Part shown: piece after piece, positions 16,343 to 25,073 of the stretch
Layout of the letters: each line of letters begins with the position of its first letter
How positions within the stretch are numbered: the stretch's first letter is position 1
Origin: a virus
Length of the DNA stretch: 64,000 nt
Virus record (IMG/VR): IMGVR_UViG_3300044742_000375
Direction: 5' to 3' (one strand)
Position numbers and translations under genes: made by a program
The notes under the pieces: model-generated
Databases searched by the model: none
Seen by the model: the letters and a program-made list of their open reading frames with translations, nothing else
Told to the model about the DNA's origin: nothing

Positions 16343-17016
16343 GCACTACGGTCGTAAATCCCGAGAGGTTCTCCTGGAGCTACACGGCGCTGAAGAATTT
16401 CGAGACCTGCCCGCGCCGCTACTACGCCTACAACGTCTCCAGGGACGTCAAGGAGCCCGAGGGCAAGGCCCTGGTCGAGGGCAAGCGCATCCACGAGGCG
16501 TTCGACGCCCGCGTGGGCCGTGGCACGCCCCTGCCGCCCGATCTGGTGCCGCACGAGGGCTTGCTGAACAAGCTGGCCAACGCCGAGGGGACGGTGCGCA
16601 CGGAACAAAAACTGGCGCTGGACAGCGGGCTGACGCCGTCCAAATTCTTCGGAAGCGGCGCGTGGTTCCGCATGGTGCTGGACTACACCAACATCAACGG
16701 CGAGAACGCCACCGTCATCGACTACAAGACGGGCAAGCCGACCGAGGATATGACGCAGCTTCAGCTGGCGGCGGTCATGACTTTCGCCCACTCGACCAGG
16801 ACCAAACGCATCCGCGCGGCCCTGGTGTTCATAGCGTATGATCATATCGAACGGGCGACGTTCACCCGTGAGAGCGTGACCGAGATCTGGGGGGATATCC
16901 TTCCCCGCGTGAGGAAAATGATCGATGCCAGACAAACCCAGGAGTATCCTCCAAACCCTGGCGGGCTATGTCGGCGTTGGTGCGCCGTTACTTCCTGTCC
17001 CTTCCATGGAAAATGA
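16339..17016 (+). CDS. Cas4-like PD-(D/E)xK exonuclease with four-Cys cluster
   Basis: track ORF; N-terminal FETCPRRYY, IDYKTGKP, C-terminal CRRWCAVTSCPF. Confidence 0.8.
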   Translation: MSTTVVNPERFSWSYTALKNFETCPRRYYAYNVSRDVKEPEGKALVEGKRIHEAFDARVGRGTPLPPDLVPHEGLLNKLANAEGTVRTEQKLALDSGLTPSKFFGSGAWFRMVLDYTNINGENATVIDYKTGKPTEDMTQLQLAAVMTFAHSTRTKRIRAALVFIAYDHIERATFTRESVTEIWGDILPRVRKMIDARQTQEYPPNPGGLCRRWCAVTSCPFHGK

Positions 17017-17246
17017 AAATGAAAACACTCCTCGTCGGCCTCGCCCTGGTCTCCCTTTCGGCGTGCGACCACGAGACGACGGTGGTGACCCAACAGCGGG
17101 ATCTCGACCAGAGGTTCTTCCAGGTGGAAACCCTGAGACTCCAACGGGATCTGCTGGAAACCGAGCGATTGAAGCTATGGACGGCCCCGGCCCCAACCTA
17201 TCTCGCGCCCAGGGGGTACCCGGCTCCCAGGCCCAGGCGTCGGTGA
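17013..17246 (+). CDS. small lipoprotein (77 aa)
   Basis: in frame with track ORF 16968-17246; ATGA overlap; MKMKTLLVGLALVSLSAC with lipobox LSAC; high GC3 throughout. Confidence 0.55.
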   Translation: MKMKTLLVGLALVSLSACDHETTVVTQQRDLDQRFFQVETLRLQRDLLETERLKLWTAPAPTYLAPRGYPAPRPRRR

Positions 17247-17617
17247 ACTACGGCAACTACAACAACTACAACAACCTGGGTCGGGCGATGGCGACTCAGG
17301 CGGCTATCGACCAGCAGAGTGTCAACATGTGGAACGCCCAGAACGTCTACCAGAAGAACTCCGCTCTGGGACCCGCGTTACAGACGCCGGTCGCTTCGCT
17401 TGATCCGATGCGTATCGCTTTCGACGAGCGGGTAAAACGCCTCACGGTACAATTGTCGTTGCGCGCGCTGTCGCGCATAGTCCGCGTCGAGTATATGAAA
17501 GAGGTCCCGCCTCGCATCGTCATACGTTACGATAACATGCGTGAACTGGACTTGTTCGACGTGGAGCATTTTCCATCGGACGAACATATCTCCAGGATCT
17601 TACTGGAACTACCTTGA
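17243..17617 (+). CDS. hypothetical protein (about 124 aa; start uncertain, GTG 17243 or ATG 17288)
   Basis: C-terminal part of track ORF 16925-17617; GTGA overlap with lipoprotein stop; N-terminal NYGNYNNYNN. Confidence 0.45.
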   Translation: MNYGNYNNYNNLGRAMATQAAIDQQSVNMWNAQNVYQKNSALGPALQTPVASLDPMRIAFDERVKRLTVQLSLRALSRIVRVEYMKEVPPRIVIRYDNMRELDLFDVEHFPSDEHISRILLELP

Positions 17618-17636
17618 TTCACGACGGGAGTAAAAG

Positions 17637-17951
17637 ATGCCGACACCGGAAGGCAGGGTAAAAAATAAAATCAGAAAATTGCTTGACCGATACGAAAATA
17701 ACATATATTACTTCATGCCGGTGCCGATGGGTCTCGGCTCGCGGACGGTGGACTTCCTGTGCTGCGCCAATGGGCGCTTCTTCTCCATCGAGGCGAAGGC
17801 GAAGAAGGGCCGCGTGACGCGGTTGCAGGACGTGGTCATGACCCGCATGCGTGACGCGGGCGCCGTGACGTTCCTGATCGTCGGCGAAGACGACGTCGAG
17901 GGCTTCGGCGAACTGGAAGAATATCTGGAAGGAGTGATGGTACAAGGATGA
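17637..17951 (+). CDS. VRR-NUC family nuclease
   Basis: track ORF; VDFLCC...FFSIEAKAKKG (D...ExK); TCACGACGGGAGTAAAAG then ATG. Confidence 0.75.
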   Translation: MPTPEGRVKNKIRKLLDRYENNIYYFMPVPMGLGSRTVDFLCCANGRFFSIEAKAKKGRVTRLQDVVMTRMRDAGAVTFLIVGEDDVEGFGELEEYLEGVMVQG

Positions 17952-19522
17952 ACGTCGAAACACCGATCACATTCATCACCAGGGACGGCCAGCACGTGGC
18001 CGTCCCCTGGGATCAGGCGCTGGCCTCGGCGGTGCCTCACGCCCGCCCCTTCAAATGGCAGGGGTCGCGGATGCTCCTGCTGCCCAACCAGCCCGACGAG
18101 GCTCGTATCGCCCGCAACGTGGGCATCCCCGTCCCGGCGCCCATCCTGACCCGCTACGACTGGCTGAACACCAAGCCGTGGGATATCCAGCGCACCACGG
18201 CGGCGCTGCTGGTCGAGAGCCCGCGCTGCTATGTGCTAAGCTCGATGGGGACGGGCAAGACACGGTCGGTCATCTACGCCGCCGACTATCTGATGCGCGC
18301 GGGGATGGCGAAGCGCATGCTGGTGGTGGCGCCTCTGAGCACGCTCACCCCCGTGTGGGAAAAGGAATTATTTCAGCTTGTCATGGGCCGCAGGGTGGTT
18401 GTTCTCTACGGCTCCCGTGAGAAACGTCTGAAACTGCTGGAATCATCCTCTGACATATGTGTGATTAACCATCATGGATTACGGGTCCTTGGAACGGCGG
18501 TCCAGGAAGCTGGCTTTGATATCGTTGTTCTTGATGAGCTTGCTATTTATCGCAACCGTCGTACGGAGTTGTGGAACACCGCGCGTGCCCTTATAGCCCG
18601 GTCCGACGTCCGATTCGCCTGGGGGCTTACCGGCTCTCCCACGCCAAACGCCCCGACGGACGCCTGGGCACAGGTACGTCTGCTTACGCCGGAACGCACC
18701 GTGAGATCCTTCACGGCGTTCCAGGACATGACCATGCGGCGCATCAATCAGTTCCGCTGGTATCCCAAACCCGAGGCGCACGCCCTCGTGCGTCAGGCCA
18801 TGTCGCCGTCCGTCAGATATACCCGCGACGACGTCATGGAACTACCGGAGTGCTCGATTGTCGACCGCGCCGTCATGCTCGACGCGGACGCGAAGAAAGC
18901 CTATGGCCTGTTATACAACAAGGCGCATATGCTGACCCAGAAAAACGAGAACATCTCGGCGGTCAACCAGGGCGTGTTGCATAATAAGCTACTGCAGGTG
19001 TCGTGCGGCTATCTCTATACCGATAATCACACCGTTTACGAGATGGACGCGACGACGCGCCTGTCGGCGCTGACCGAGGTGCTGGACGAGACCGACCGCA
19101 AGGTACTGGTCATGGTGCCGTTCATGCACGCGTTGCTGGGTGTGTCCACGTATTTGCGCAAGAACCATTACGACATAGCGGTGGTTCACGGGGGCATAGG
19201 AAGGACCGCGAGGGATATCATATTCGGTGACTTTCAAAATAAACCGAACCCAAAGATAATTGTTGCGCACCCTCAGACACTGGCGCATGGTCTGACGCTT
19301 ACCGAGGCGGACACCATCGTATGGTATTCACCGACGACGTCTCTTGAAATCTACGAACAGGCGAACGCGCGTATCAATCGACCGGGTCAACTCCATAAGA
19401 CGATGATCGTCCACATGGTGGGCACCCCCGTCGAACAGGCGACGTACACCAAGTTGCGCTTCAAGCAGCGCATGCAGAACTGTTTGTTGGAGTTGTTCCA
19501 TCAACAGAAGAAGGCGTTCTGA
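17948..19522 (+). CDS. SNF2-family helicase
   Basis: track ORF; Walker A MGTGKT, DELA box, C-terminal QANARINRPGQ. Confidence 0.9.
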   Translation: MNVETPITFITRDGQHVAVPWDQALASAVPHARPFKWQGSRMLLLPNQPDEARIARNVGIPVPAPILTRYDWLNTKPWDIQRTTAALLVESPRCYVLSSMGTGKTRSVIYAADYLMRAGMAKRMLVVAPLSTLTPVWEKELFQLVMGRRVVVLYGSREKRLKLLESSSDICVINHHGLRVLGTAVQEAGFDIVVLDELAIYRNRRTELWNTARALIARSDVRFAWGLTGSPTPNAPTDAWAQVRLLTPERTVRSFTAFQDMTMRRINQFRWYPKPEAHALVRQAMSPSVRYTRDDVMELPECSIVDRAVMLDADAKKAYGLLYNKAHMLTQKNENISAVNQGVLHNKLLQVSCGYLYTDNHTVYEMDATTRLSALTEVLDETDRKVLVMVPFMHALLGVSTYLRKNHYDIAVVHGGIGRTARDIIFGDFQNKPNPKIIVAHPQTLAHGLTLTEADTIVWYSPTTSLEIYEQANARINRPGQLHKTMIVHMVGTPVEQATYTKLRFKQRMQNCLLELFHQQKKAF

Positions 19523-19534
19523 ATGTAATGTAGG

Positions 19535-19556
19535 TTCGCGGACCACCCCCCGCGAA
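19535..19556 (+). terminator. hairpin TTCGCGG-ACCACCCC-CCGCGAA after SNF2 gene
   Basis: 7-bp stem read in sequence; overlaps the repeated 13-mer GTAATGTAGGTTC (19525-19537); no U-run. Confidence 0.3.
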
Positions 19557-19588
19557 ACGAAAATGGGGTTTACGACGGGAGTGAAGGA

Positions 19589-19786
19589 GTGAGTACTCAA
19601 AAGAGGATACGTGAACTTGAGAAGAAGGGTTACGTGGTCACCAAGACCAACGGCCAGCATCTCAGACTGACCAAGCCCGGCGTGACCGGCGTGGTCTTCA
19701 CGAGCAGCACGCCGGGCGATGGCGCGCGGGGTGACAAGGAGCTTCAACGAAATCTGCGGCATGTATTCGGTAGGAGTGAAACATGA
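19589..19786 (+). CDS. HicA-like small protein (possible mRNA interferase fold)
   Basis: track ORF, GTG start after TTTACGACGGGAGTGAAGGA; RIRELEKKGYVVTKTNGQHLRLTKPG matches the HicA pattern ...G..........GSH.... Confidence 0.4.
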   Translation: MSTQKRIRELEKKGYVVTKTNGQHLRLTKPGVTGVVFTSSTPGDGARGDKELQRNLRHVFGRSET

Positions 19787-20223
19787 GCGAGGCAGCCGAA
19801 CGTCCACGCATGACGATGGACAACATGATAGAAAAATACGTTAAAATTCGTGACAAAAAGAAGGTGCTGGAGGACCAGCACAAGGAGGCGATGAAGCCCT
19901 ACACCGACACGCTCGACAGACTGGAAGCATATATGTTGGAGGCGATGAACCAGTCGGGGCTGAAGTCGATGAAGTCACCGCACGGCACCGCTTATCAGGC
20001 TGTGCGCACGTCCGCCAAGGTCACGGACTGGGCGGCGGCGTTGGGGTACATACGTGAACATCAGGCATGGGATCTGTTGGAGGCGCGGATCTCCAAACTC
20101 GCGTTACAGGAGCTAACCGCTACGACGAAAGACGTCGTGCCGGGTGTTGAAACTTCATCGGAGGTGGTAGTCAATGTGCGACGCGCCACCGATACTAAAA
20201 CTTTATCCACAGACAGGGAGTGA
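19783..20223 (+). CDS. hypothetical coiled-coil protein (146 aa)
   Basis: track ORF; AGGAGTGAAAC then ATG; ATGA overlap. Confidence 0.6.
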   Translation: MSEAAERPRMTMDNMIEKYVKIRDKKKVLEDQHKEAMKPYTDTLDRLEAYMLEAMNQSGLKSMKSPHGTAYQAVRTSAKVTDWAAALGYIREHQAWDLLEARISKLALQELTATTKDVVPGVETSSEVVVNVRRATDTKTLSTDRE

Positions 20224-20228
20224 TACCC

Positions 20229-21281
20229 ATGGACAATCAGTTGGTTACCCTCGGTGCCGCGCCACGTCATTTGATGGGCGCCGCCGGGCTCAAGCTCAAT
20301 CAGGCGGCGCGCGCCAATCTGCAGGCGTCGTTCGCGGTTCTGAAAATTCGTGGCAAGAACTGGCGCGTGCGTTATCGGGGTGACGAAACCCTGATCGCGA
20401 TGTCGGCTGGCACCGATCACAACGGCAGGCCGCTGCCGGAAACGCCCGTGCAATACGTCGACATGGTGGTCGTGGGTATCGCCACGGCGATCAGCAAGAA
20501 GTGGTATCAGTCGGGCTTCGCCAGCGGTGAAGCGAAAGCTCCTGATTGCTTCAGCGTGAACGGGGTATCACCCGATCCAGCGTCGGCGCTGGTGCAGAAC
20601 ACCATGTGCGCGACATGCCCGCAGAACATCTGGGGCTCGGCCACGACCGAGAACGGACGCAAGGCGAAGGCGTGCCGCGACGGTCGCCGCATCGCCATGG
20701 TCCCAAGCGGCGATGTGCATAACGATACCTTTGGTGGACCCATGCTGCTGGACATCCCGCCGACGTCGCTTGCTAATCTCGACCGTTACACACGTCATCT
20801 GGAACGCCTGGGCGCCGACATTTCCCAGGTGGTCACCCGCATCGGCTTCAATCCGCAGGTGACGCATCAGGAACTGACGTTCAACAGCATCGGCTGGATC
20901 GAGAGCGCCGAGGACTACTCGACCGTCATCGAGCATGGTCGTTCCGACATCGTGCAGCGCATGCTGGAGGACGCGACGGTGGAGGTGACGTCCGAACCGG
21001 CGGCGCTGGGGGCGCGTCCGGCGCACCTTCAGATCGTGCGTCAGTCCCCGGCGGCGCAGGTCGCTCCGGACCAACCGGAGGAGCCCAAACCACAACCGGC
21101 GCCCATGCCCATGCCGACGCCTACCCCGCCGCCCCCGCCAGCGCCACCGGCAGCGGCGACCGCGACGCCGCGCAAGGCGACGGGGTTCACGGCGCCGACA
21201 ACGCCGTCGCCCACCGTCGTCATCCAGGGTGCTCCCGCCTCGCTGGAGGACGAGATCAGTTCCCTGCTCAGCGATAACTGA
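20229..21281 (+). CDS. hypothetical protein with Cys cluster, Pro-rich linker and acidic C-terminal tail (possible ssDNA-binding protein)
   Basis: in frame with track ORF 20220-21281; GGGAGTGATACCC then ATG; CATCPQ...KACRDG; ...PPPPPAPPAAATA...SLEDEISSLLSDN; function is inference only. Confidence 0.65.
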   Translation: MDNQLVTLGAAPRHLMGAAGLKLNQAARANLQASFAVLKIRGKNWRVRYRGDETLIAMSAGTDHNGRPLPETPVQYVDMVVVGIATAISKKWYQSGFASGEAKAPDCFSVNGVSPDPASALVQNTMCATCPQNIWGSATTENGRKAKACRDGRRIAMVPSGDVHNDTFGGPMLLDIPPTSLANLDRYTRHLERLGADISQVVTRIGFNPQVTHQELTFNSIGWIESAEDYSTVIEHGRSDIVQRMLEDATVEVTSEPAALGARPAHLQIVRQSPAAQVAPDQPEEPKPQPAPMPMPTPTPPPPPAPPAAATATPRKATGFTAPTTPSPTVVIQGAPASLEDEISSLLSDN

Positions 21282-21295
21282 GGCCGACCTTCCTG

Positions 21296-21329
21296 GGGGG
21301 CGCGGCTGGCACCGCGCCCCCTGTTTATT
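21296..21329 (+). terminator. rho-independent-type terminator
   Basis: GGGGGCGCGG-CTGGCA-CCGCGCCCCC (10-bp stem) followed by TGTTTATT. Confidence 0.6.
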
Positions 21330-21341
21330 CGGGGGTCAACA

Positions 21342-24287
21342 ATGAGAACGGCAGCGGATACAGAAGGCTTTTTAACGCGCGTGGTTCCCGGTCAGGGGAA
21401 TTATCTGACGATCACATGGAAGGGCGAGGGGCGGGGCTGGACGGTACGGAGCTTCCCTCCGTCGAGCATACCCCAGGCGGCGAGTTGGTTACGCTGGGCG
21501 GTGAAGGTCAAAGCCGACGCCTACTTCGCCGTCGCCGCCTACAACATGGCCGAGATCGGCACGTCCCAGAAGGGCGAGCCCACGGTGCGGGCCAAGCGCG
21601 AACAGACCAACGTCCACCTGATACGCACGTTGGTCATGGACGCCGACGTCAAGCGCGACGGCGACAACAAAGATCCCACCAAGGTTTTTCACGACCGTAG
21701 TAAAGCCGTTGAGTGGCTCAAGGCTTTCACCAAGGCCACCGACATGCCGATGCCCAGCGTGTGGGTGAACAGCGGCTACGGGTTCCACTGGTACTGGGTG
21801 CTGGAGGACGCCGTCGGGCTCGACGCGTGGCAACCCATGGCGTTCGCGCTGCGCGAGGCGATGATCGCGCATGGCTGGGTGGGCGACACGGCGCCCACGG
21901 TGGACGGCGCGCGCATCATGCGCCCGCCTGGAACATACAACTTCAAGTCGGGTATCCCCGTCCCGGTCGAGGGGTTCCCGAAGCTCTCCCAGGGTGACTA
22001 CGCCAACCAGGATATCCTGACCAAGCTGACGCCCTGGATGGGGGCGCAGAAGGCGCGCGCCACCGGCACGCATGGCGGCGCCACCGTCACGTCCATCGGC
22101 CCACGCCCCTCCCACATCCCGCCGGGTGGGTCGGGGCTGAACCAGTCGGCTCGTGTCGAGAGCCGGTTCCTGTTCGCCGAGATCGCCAAGAGATGCGAGC
22201 AGATCAAGCAGTCCCTGGCCGTGGGGGGCAACGGTGACCCCTATCCGATCTGGTATCTGGGCCACGTCTCGACCGCCGTGCACACCAAAGACGGCAAGGA
22301 CTTCATCCACCCCATCAGCCAGGGCGACCCTCGTTACGATGCCGGGAAGGTCGACGAGGCTTACGCGCGGGCCGAGAAGGAGACGGACAGCAAGATCCTC
22401 GGCGCGCCCACCTGTAATCATTACGACAAGAACCGCCCCGGCGTGTGCGGGAATTGTCCGTTCAACGGCAAGGTCACATCGCCTCTGTCGCTGGGCGTGG
22501 ACGTGACCGACCTGCCGTATAAGTACAGACGGACGGTGATAGCGGGTGAACCGGCCATCCAGCGCATGGACGGCAAGGGCGAGGACGCCGAGTGGGTGCC
22601 TTTGTTCCTGGGCGACGTGGCGCACCCCCGGTTGGACGAACTCGCCACGGGCGGGCACCGGCTGAGCTTCACCTACAGGTTGGCGGGGCGGGATCACTCG
22701 GTCGGCGCCAACGAAGCCGACATGACCTCGCAGATCCAGGTGGGCTACTTCTCGAAGCAGGGCGTGGCGGTCACGCGGCATAGTGTCGCGCACGCGGGAG
22801 ACTTCGTAATGGCGTGGATATCGCAGCTGCGGCTGCAACAGACCACCAAGAACGAAGTGGTGCGCCCCTTCGGATGGAACATCGGCGTGAAGGGCGAGCG
22901 GATCGGCGTGGCCATCGCGGGCACGCTCTACAAGGCCGACGGTAGTATCGACCGCGTACCGGGTGGCGACCCCAAGATCGCCGCCATGTACCGGCCCGCC
23001 GGGACCATGGACAACTGGCGCAAGGCGGCGGCGCTGTTCGAGAATGGCCGCGCCGATCTGCAGACCGTCATCGGCACGTCGTTCGGCGCCCCGCTCATAT
23101 CCCTGTCCGGTGACATACGCGGCATGACCATGAGCTTCTGGTCGACCGAGAGCGGCATCGGCAAGAGCACCGCGATCAAGGTGGGCCAGTCGGTGTGGGG
23201 CGACGCCAAGGCGATGCAGTCGATGCAGGACACGCCCAACGCGGTGATGCGCTCGCTCAGCGAGCCGCGCATATTGATACGCTATTGGGATGAGCTACGC
23301 GTGAGCAAGGAGTATCAGGAAGCGTTCGTGAACATGATCTTCACCATCCCGCAGGGTAAGGAGCGCGCTCGTTTGCAATCCGATACCACGCTGCGCGAGG
23401 TGGGCGAGTGGGAGACCATGCTGGTGTTCACGAGCAATCGTCCATGCCAGGACTACCTGCTCGCGCGCGACGACGGCACCGACTCGGGTCTGGCCCGGCT
23501 GCTGGAGGTCGAGATGGCGAAGGTCCCGACGGTGTTCGATCCGCTCGCCGGTCAGTCCATCAAGCTGTGCGAGAACAACTACGGGCACGCCGGTCGGGTC
23601 TACCTGCAGTATCTGGCGACGCACCTGCCCGAGGTGCAGTCCAAGCTGGCTTCGGTCATGAAGTCGCTCAGCATCGGACTGAACATGCAACGTGACGAAC
23701 GGTTCAGCGTGACCGCCATGACCTGCGTGCTGGTGGGCGCGTCCATCGCGCGCAAGCTGAACCTGTTCAACTTCGATCTGGCGGGCATCCACGACGTGCT
23801 CAAGAGGGCGTTCCTGGCGCAGCGCGAGGCGCGATCCAGCCGCACCATGGTGTCGGCGTCGGGCGGGCTGGACGTGGAGGAGATCGTCAACAACTACGTC
23901 TACGCCATGGCCGACTACCGGCTGCGCACCGACAACTTCGCCGGGTCCGGCGCGGGCAAGGTTGGGTTGCTGGGCGTGCCGAGGGGCAACGTGGTGCGCC
24001 TGCAGATCGCGGTGGCGGCGAAGGTGCTGCGGGTGAACCGGGCGTCGTTCAACGAGTGGCTGCACTCGCGCGGCCTTCCGGCCACCGTCATCATCAAACA
24101 ACTGGTGGAGAAGATGGGGGCGAAGGATTATCGTAAGACATTGGGTGGCGGCACTGGTTTCGGTGGCGGAACGGGCCATGTGCTGGACATCCCGTTGACC
24201 GGAAGGCTGGCCGACATAGCCAACCCGATCAGCGACGACGAGGTCGCGGCCATGCTGCGTAAGTCCCCGGCGGACGCGACGAAGTAA
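21342..24287 (+). CDS. bifunctional primase-polymerase / SF3-type helicase
   Basis: track ORF; prim-pol motifs VMDADVK and SGYGFHWYW; P-loop ESGIGKST about 600 aa in. Confidence 0.85.
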   Translation: MRTAADTEGFLTRVVPGQGNYLTITWKGEGRGWTVRSFPPSSIPQAASWLRWAVKVKADAYFAVAAYNMAEIGTSQKGEPTVRAKREQTNVHLIRTLVMDADVKRDGDNKDPTKVFHDRSKAVEWLKAFTKATDMPMPSVWVNSGYGFHWYWVLEDAVGLDAWQPMAFALREAMIAHGWVGDTAPTVDGARIMRPPGTYNFKSGIPVPVEGFPKLSQGDYANQDILTKLTPWMGAQKARATGTHGGATVTSIGPRPSHIPPGGSGLNQSARVESRFLFAEIAKRCEQIKQSLAVGGNGDPYPIWYLGHVSTAVHTKDGKDFIHPISQGDPRYDAGKVDEAYARAEKETDSKILGAPTCNHYDKNRPGVCGNCPFNGKVTSPLSLGVDVTDLPYKYRRTVIAGEPAIQRMDGKGEDAEWVPLFLGDVAHPRLDELATGGHRLSFTYRLAGRDHSVGANEADMTSQIQVGYFSKQGVAVTRHSVAHAGDFVMAWISQLRLQQTTKNEVVRPFGWNIGVKGERIGVAIAGTLYKADGSIDRVPGGDPKIAAMYRPAGTMDNWRKAAALFENGRADLQTVIGTSFGAPLISLSGDIRGMTMSFWSTESGIGKSTAIKVGQSVWGDAKAMQSMQDTPNAVMRSLSEPRILIRYWDELRVSKEYQEAFVNMIFTIPQGKERARLQSDTTLREVGEWETMLVFTSNRPCQDYLLARDDGTDSGLARLLEVEMAKVPTVFDPLAGQSIKLCENNYGHAGRVYLQYLATHLPEVQSKLASVMKSLSIGLNMQRDERFSVTAMTCVLVGASIARKLNLFNFDLAGIHDVLKRAFLAQREARSSRTMVSASGGLDVEEIVNNYVYAMADYRLRTDNFAGSGAGKVGLLGVPRGNVVRLQIAVAAKVLRVNRASFNEWLHSRGLPATVIIKQLVEKMGAKDYRKTLGGGTGFGGGTGHVLDIPLTGRLADIANPISDDEVAAMLRKSPADATK

Positions 24288-24307
24288 CCAACCAAGGAGT
24301 GATCGAC

Positions 24308-24691
24308 ATGAGTGCCGAAAGTGAAGACCGTATGCGGCGGGCCAAGGCTATCCTGGCCAGGATGCGTGGCGAAGACGCCGAGGGGTTGGCCCGGTACACC
24401 GACCCGGATACGTCCCACGAAGCGGCGCGTGGCGTCAGCACGACGCTTCTGAAGCAAATAATATTGCTCACCCTCAAAGACTATGGCCACCCCATGGCCA
24501 TGATGGAACTCGCCACCGCGAACGCGATGGGGCGTGACAGCCTGTCTCCCCGACGTCCGGCCATGATCGAGGAAGGCACCGTCGTGGAAATGGGCAGGCG
24601 TAGCTGCGTTAACGCCAACGGCAACGTGCGTAGCATGATCGCCATCGGTCTGCCCGAATGGGTCATCGAACTGCCTGTCGCGGCGGAATAA
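24308..24691 (+). CDS. putative winged-helix DNA-binding protein
   Basis: in frame with track ORF 24299-24691; AAGGAGTGATCGAC then ATG; last gene of plus arm. Confidence 0.55.
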   Translation: MSAESEDRMRRAKAILARMRGEDAEGLARYTDPDTSHEAARGVSTTLLKQIILLTLKDYGHPMAMMELATANAMGRDSLSPRRPAMIEEGTVVEMGRRSCVNANGNVRSMIAIGLPEWVIELPVAAE

Positions 24692-24707
24692 CTACCGTCG
24701 TAAACGC

Positions 24708-24977
24708 CTAATGATTGAATTTTGAACGGTTCGCCTTGCCGCTCGTGAGCCTGAGATTGCTCATCGCGTTCCCGCCACCCTTGGACAGGGGCTTCACGTG
24801 GTCCACGGTTAGTTTCGAGTGCGGGGATATCTTCCCCGCCTTGATCTCCTTGGTCCGCGCCTGATCCCGCTCCACGCGTTTCTTCACGCCCTCGGGCGAT
24901 GCCTCGCGGGCCAGGTACCAATCCCGGTTGCGCATGTAGTTCGCGTGAGACTTGCTGACCACGGCGGCTTCCTTCAA
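24708..24977 (-). CDS. HNH endonuclease
   Basis: track ORF (TTG start, weak RBS, start uncertain); DHVKPLSKGGGNAMSNLRLTSGKANRSK. Confidence 0.75.
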   Translation of the reverse strand: MKEAAVVSKSHANYMRNRDWYLAREASPEGVKKRVERDQARTKEIKAGKISPHSKLTVDHVKPLSKGGGNAMSNLRLTSGKANRSKFNH

Positions 24978-25024
24978 TATCTGGAGCGGTTATCAACCGA
25001 CTGATATACCCCAATGCGAACTTC

Positions 25025-25058
25025 CCCCCGGTGTTCAGAACACCGGGGGTATTTTTAT
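25025..25058 (+). terminator. 10-bp hairpin CCCCCGGTGT-TCAGA-ACACCGGGGG followed by TATTTTTAT at the convergence of the two arms
   Basis: read in sequence; U-run only in plus orientation. Confidence 0.5.
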
Positions 25059-25073
25059 GCCGTTGGTAAAACC

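Noticed and set aside
16925-17617. 230-aa track ORF treated as one gene.
   Set aside because: It overlaps the Cas4-like gene by 92 nt. The alternative frame encodes a lipobox lipoprotein with high GC3. I split it into 17013-17246 and 17243-17617.
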